Source: the human T2T-CHM13v2.0 reference genome, Homo sapiens
Strand: one strand, 5' to 3'
Length of the DNA: 64,000 bases
Assembly (NCBI RefSeq): GCF_009914755.1
Contig: NC_060936.1
In this document: piece by piece, positions 57,451-64,000 of the stretch
Numbering within the stretch: the first letter of the stretch is position 1
Layout of the letters: each line of letters begins with the position of its first letter
The notes under the pieces: model-generated
Databases searched by the model: none
What the model saw: only the letters and a program-made list of their open reading frames with translations
What the model was told of the DNA's origin: nothing
Position numbers and translations under genes: made by a program

Positions 57451-58685
57451 AATGTCTTTTGAATAAGTCTATATTGTGATGTCTTTACTGCATCTATAAT
57501 TGAATCCTGCCCCATTGGAAGCAGTTGTCTGCTATATGAATATAAAATGCCAAGTCTATGGCCTTTTGTTTTAGATGTGGCAAGTTATGTTTAGAGATTT
57601 CATATAATTGTGTCTCAACTGATTTTAAGGTAAACTAATTTATGTGGGAGGGGGTGGGTCACTTGAGGCTAATTTATTTTCTAGGGAAGTTTTTAAAATA
57701 TTCCCAGTTGACCATAGGTCATCATCTGCCCAAAATGAACTCAGAAAATTAACATTATTGTAAATATACATTTAAGGCACATTGGGTGAATCAGTTTCAT
57801 CTTAAAAGGCCACACTTGGAGCTTGGTACTGAGGTCCCAGAGGGCTGTGTTGAGGAGGACCTGAGCCCACACCAGCTCAGAGGAAAGGTGTGCTGTGGGC
57901 AGTTGCTGGTGTCTGCGATAGCATCAGCAGGAAGAATGCTCCCACCGATGGTGTCCCGGCTATAGAAAACACACAGCCAAGACACTGTACCGTGTTTCAT
58001 ATTCTCTAAGTATCCCAAACAACATTATGAAGTTAATTTCAAATTATTGCACGTTCTCTGGTTTTTTTTTTTTTTTTTTGCAATATTTGGGCCACTGCCA
58101 TTTGTAAGGATAACTGTCAATCATCTTTCCTACAAAACCTGCTTCTGACAGGTTTACAAATGAGTGCTGTCCGGTCCCAAACCATCTCAAATACCGTGAA
58201 GCACAGTTTCCAGACAGAGTATCATCGAAGGCTGTCAAATAAATGAAGAAAACAGCAGGGGAAAAATTCTACCCAACAGGACAGCCGCAACAGGCAAAAG
58301 GAAAGCAATTTCTTGTGCTGGGTTGGTTGTGTGCTTCTCAAGAATCTGAAGTCCTGCAGGAAGTTACAAAGGCAAATAATTAACCCCACTGCCAAGGATG
58401 TGTGGAGCCCAACCAACGCTCAGCAAGCTGGCAAGCGATAAAGACCCCTGGTGAACACCTTCATTTTTTGCTTCACTCTGAAATCTGTCTACAACTAAAA
58501 TCACACAAAGTTAACTGCAACCTCTAATACCTTTTGACATTGAACACTCCGTGGGAATGTATTTGCTGGTGAGACAACCCAGGAATGTTTTTGTGTTTCC
58601 AATATAATCGTTAGGTATGGAGTTTGATGTGGGTTTTTTATATAATCTCTAACTGGCTAATTCCCCTCTACTCTTATTTATCTAA

Positions 58686-59013
<328 letters not shown>

Positions 59014-59126
59014 TAGTGGATCTATTTTTAAAGTGAGGAGATCGTAGTATGTATCACAATGTATTCAGCATCCATTAAAATAACCAAAGGTTTCTTCATT
59101 TACTTCACAAATCGGCTACACTAATC

Positions 59127-59348
59127 CAGTGGTTCTCATGTGAGGGAGATTTTTGCTCTCCCTAGAGACATGTCTGGATACATTTGTGCTTGTCGCACCC
59201 CATGGGGGAGCATGCTATGACATTGCTTGGGTGGAGACCAGAGATGCTCCTAAACATGTTTCAGTTTCCAGAACAACTATCCTCCCAACCCTTAGAAACA
59301 AGAACTACCTATTTCAAAAGGTCCACAGTGCTGAGATTAAGAAACCTG
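59127..59348. mobile_element. MER20
   Basis: CAGTGGTTCTCA..GGGTGGAGACCAGAGATGCTCCTAAACAT..GTCCACAGTGCTGAGATTAAGAAAC. Confidence 0.8.
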
Positions 59349-60094
59349 AATCAATAGATTTTCTACTAGCAGCCCTGATGTCCTAATGTTGACTTCCTAA
59401 TGGGCTACATTCTAAAATAAACTTTACTTGGCTATATTTTTGATACACTGCTGGATTTGTTTGTTAATGTTTTATGTATGGCTTTTGTACCCGTGTTTAT
59501 AAATGACATAGCAAACATTTTTCTTCATTTTTGAATGATTGCCAAGTTTTGTCATCATGGTAAAGATAGACTCATACAGGAATGGAAAATCTTTCCTCAT
59601 CTCAAATTTATTTAAAGCAAATTTTAATTAGCATGCAATAAAATTCAGTCTGAGTTGTGGCAAATGCACAGGTGTGTGTCTACCAAAGTGAAGGTACAGA
59701 ACAATGCCATCGTTCCCCCAGATTCTTTCCTTCTCCTGTGCCTTCGCGGTCAAATCCTTCCCCATCTTCCCTTTTTAAAACTATAGTTTCAATTATAAAA
59801 TTCACTCATGCTCATTGCAATTAAACCATACAGCAATGTTAAAAAAAAAAAAAAAAAGCTTTTCTACTTTTCTTCTCATCTCCTACTGACACTAATGTTA
59901 ATATTTAAGGGAACGTTTACATATTTGGGTTTGACGAAACATTCTAAGCAAGAGACAAAAAAAGAATATCTATACAATTTTTTAAATTTTATTGGCGAAA
60001 ATCACCATAAACAAAACAGAAAGAGGGGTATATTATTGCAGTATCAATGTCACAAATATTGCTTCTCACATAATAAGAAGAGAACACCTCCAAA

Positions 60095-60600
60095 GTGATA
60101 AAGATAAACAACTTGATAGAACAAAAAATTAGCAGAGGATGTCAGTGGGCAAGTCACAGAGGAGGAGTTGCTAAAGGCCAGTAAACATCTGAAGAATGCT
60201 CTTTCTCATCAGTGGTCAAATAAATGCAAAATAAAACCACAAAGATAACAGTTCCCTCATCAGATTAGCAAGAATTAGATTAACATCTAGGTCTGAAAAG
60301 GTTGCAAATAAATTAGTGTCTTGCCAACAATGTCAGGCAAATAAATTGCATTAACTTTCTGGAAATTAATCTCGCCATGTCTATCGAAGTCAACAATTTA
60401 CATATTCTTTGAGCCATAAATCTCACTTGTGAATTTATCTACACAAAGAAAATCACCAGTAAGTAAGGATAAGTGCAGAATTATTTATACTGATAAAAAT
60501 ATCAGGAAAAGACTACTGTCAACAGGTAAATGATTGAATACATTATGATAAAATGATTCTGTTTATTATGCAGGTATTTCAAAGAGAAAGAATTCAATCT
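60095..60600 (+). mobile_element. Old L1ME ORF2 3' fragment
   Basis: GGCCAGTAAACAT..AAATGCAAAATAAAACCAC..ATCAGATTAGCAA. Confidence 0.6.
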
Positions 60601-62205
60601 TTCTCTATACATACATATATGTGTATATATATATATATGTATACATATACGTATTATGTATACATACATACATGCAGAATAAAACCAAGGAAAACTAGAA
60701 TCAACGAAGGAAAGTAAGCCACAGTGGAACAACATGGCTGTCTACAACCAGTGACAACTGTGTCTTCACTGCCTCATCAGAGAAAGCACATATACATGTA
60801 TATACATATATATATATGTACATCTTTATATAAATATAGATATTTCTATATATTTACCTGGAAGAGTACACAGAACAATTTCTAAATTAAAAAAATAAAT
60901 CTCAATTCATATGCACACACATACACACATATACAAACCCTCATTTAGAGTCACATGTCTGACATTTTAAGTCTGAAATCTATCACGTGATGATTTCCTT
61001 TGTTTTCCTTTTCCTACACATAAACAGGAAACAGTGCTCTGCAAACTAGAATAAAACTAAGGAAAATCAGCCAAGGTGGAATAACTTGGCTGAGTGCCTA
61101 TAGCCGCTGATAACTGTGCCTGCACTGCCTTGTCAGAGGAAGCCACTCTCTTCTGCAACATCCGGCAACACGCTCACTGGGGATCTGGTTCTTCTAGGGT
61201 TGGGTTAGCAAATGGATTTCAAGAGCCAAATCTGGATGATTTGTAGGGGATGTAGGGGTTGTAGGGCTCTATGGAAAAGGACACCATGATTAATTATCAA
61301 TGTCTTCCACAGGAGGGGAAGGGGACTGGTGAATGAGAGTCTGTGTCACTCACCTAGCCCAAGATGCTGTTCAGGTAGGCATTCTATGACGGGAAAGGGA
61401 AGCGCTTGTACTCATGAGTAGAAGAGCTAGTATGCTAATACGGACAGACCCTTAGAAAATGCCTTCCTCAACACGAACTTTCAATATTATTTATGGTAAT
61501 ACCCATTGACTCGGACTAGAAATATGTCACAGCTTTTGACAAGGAAAGCTACCACCCACTGCTTCCTAATTTTTAAAAAGCAATGTTTTCCAATCAGAGC
61601 AATTTAGAGCATGAAATAAATTTCATTAATGACAAAGAAATTATAAATCTTAAATTCCTTCAGTTCGTAACAGCCTCATAGGTTAGGCTGCCCAGGTAGC
61701 TTTGGCTGAGAAAATATTTGACATTTTTAGAAAATGACATAAAAATTTTCCAGCCTTTTGTTACCCGTTCAGCAAAGAAGCCTTTATTGTCTTCTATAAG
61801 TACTACATTTTTTGATACTAACGACAGTTGACTATTATTAACATATATCATTATAACTATAATTCATACTAATAATTCTAATGAAATGTAGGAGCATCTC
61901 TCTGTATGGATGATTTACTTTCAAAGAAGCGATCTGTAAATTTTTTTGTAAAAAAAAAAAAAAATCTATGACAAATATCGCATGAGCGGGAAGCATAGTT
62001 TTTAAACACTGTTTCTCAATAAAGTATTAGTTTCTCCTTAGTTCACACCAAGAATGTAGGTGGTCACATTCTCTAGTCACGCACTCAAAAGTTTTCCCAT
62101 ACATCCTCTTTTCCTTCTCCATGATTTTTGCTTAGGAAGGCATTTTCCACCCATTGGATGATACTCTCTACCTTGCAGGATGCTTTCTGTTTTCAAAGAC
62201 ATCTC

Positions 62206-63170
<965 letters not shown>

Positions 63171-63823
63171 TCTAATCTCTGCTTTTGCTTCCATCATAGT
63201 AGAAACATTTACAGTCTTCCTGACTTTACGTTAATTGACATGACTGGCTTAATGTTCTTTGCAAAACATCTTGGAAACACAATAAACACGCATATGACTA
63301 ATGAACAACCTGGCAGTCAAGAACAAAGTGGCCACACAACCCCCTAATACATCCTAAAATGCCTTCTGTTTCTGGAGTGGAATGTTGCTCCTATCTGACA
63401 CAGCCAATCAATAGAGGTAACACTGGAACACTGATGTTGGGGAGAGTATGTAGTATTTGCAGCTGACATTTATTGAACATTTTCTAAGAGCAGGTTTCTA
63501 CTGAGGTCATTACCTGCTTCATTGTGTGTAATCAATAAAGATCCATGTGAAGTAGTGATAATCGTCTCTAGTCTACAGACTTGGAAACTAATGTTTGGAA
63601 AAGTTGAGTCGACTTCCCAACGCCACATAGGCAATGGAGCAACGAGCCAACATGGAAAGAAAAGCTGTTTTATCACGAAAGCTTTGGCAGGACAATATGA
63701 CAAATGGCAGATGCTTTGAGAATAGGATGTTGCTATGGGTAGTGCCCAGTATTTGCAGGACCCACAACACTGGCAGCAGAAAGATAACCACTTCTCCAGC
63801 CAGCTGCACTGAAGATCGCTATT

Positions 63824-64000
63824 TGTATTAGATGGAGATTGTGTTCAGCTGCCTGTAACTCAAATCAGAGGAAGAACTCATTTTTCTCGAAGGGTCTGCA
63901 TGGCAGCTCCTTCTCTCTTCATGTCCTGCTGTCTTCCCTGCATGGTTTTCATCCCATGACTGCCTCATGGTTATGAGATGGCTACACCATCTCCCTCCCC
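63824..64000 (-). mobile_element. Old MLT1 LTR (runs off window)
   Basis: TGTATTAG..TTCAGCTGCCTGTAAC..CTCATGGTTATGAGATGGCT. Confidence 0.5.

Overview
Primate (most likely human) non-coding genomic DNA, intergenic or deep intronic. It is dense in interspersed repeats: about 16 Alus, MaLR/ERVL/ERV1 solo LTRs, L1 fragments including a 5'-inverted L1PA, MIR/L2 and hAT MITEs. It also holds several tandem repeats: a (GAT/GGT)n block, a 3-kb G-poor array with an 83-bp VNTR and a 240-bp higher-order repeat, and an LTR-born 20-bp minisatellite. No host protein-coding exon is supported; the listed ORFs come from repeats or are chance ORFs. The most unusual signal is a set of at least six locally templated insertions or fold-backs. 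These are a permuted ~440-bp inverted duplication at 1.2-3.5 kb with one 78-bp arm that is 100% identical, a nested ~155-nt hairpin at 33.0 kb partly copied from 2 kb away, a 63-bp copy at 52.2 kb of DNA 2.1 kb upstream, a ~110-bp copy inside a TA repeat at 60.7 kb, and micro snap-backs at 10.6 and 55.9 kb. Repeat subfamily names are from recalled consensus sequences, not a database search, and identities were counted by hand.
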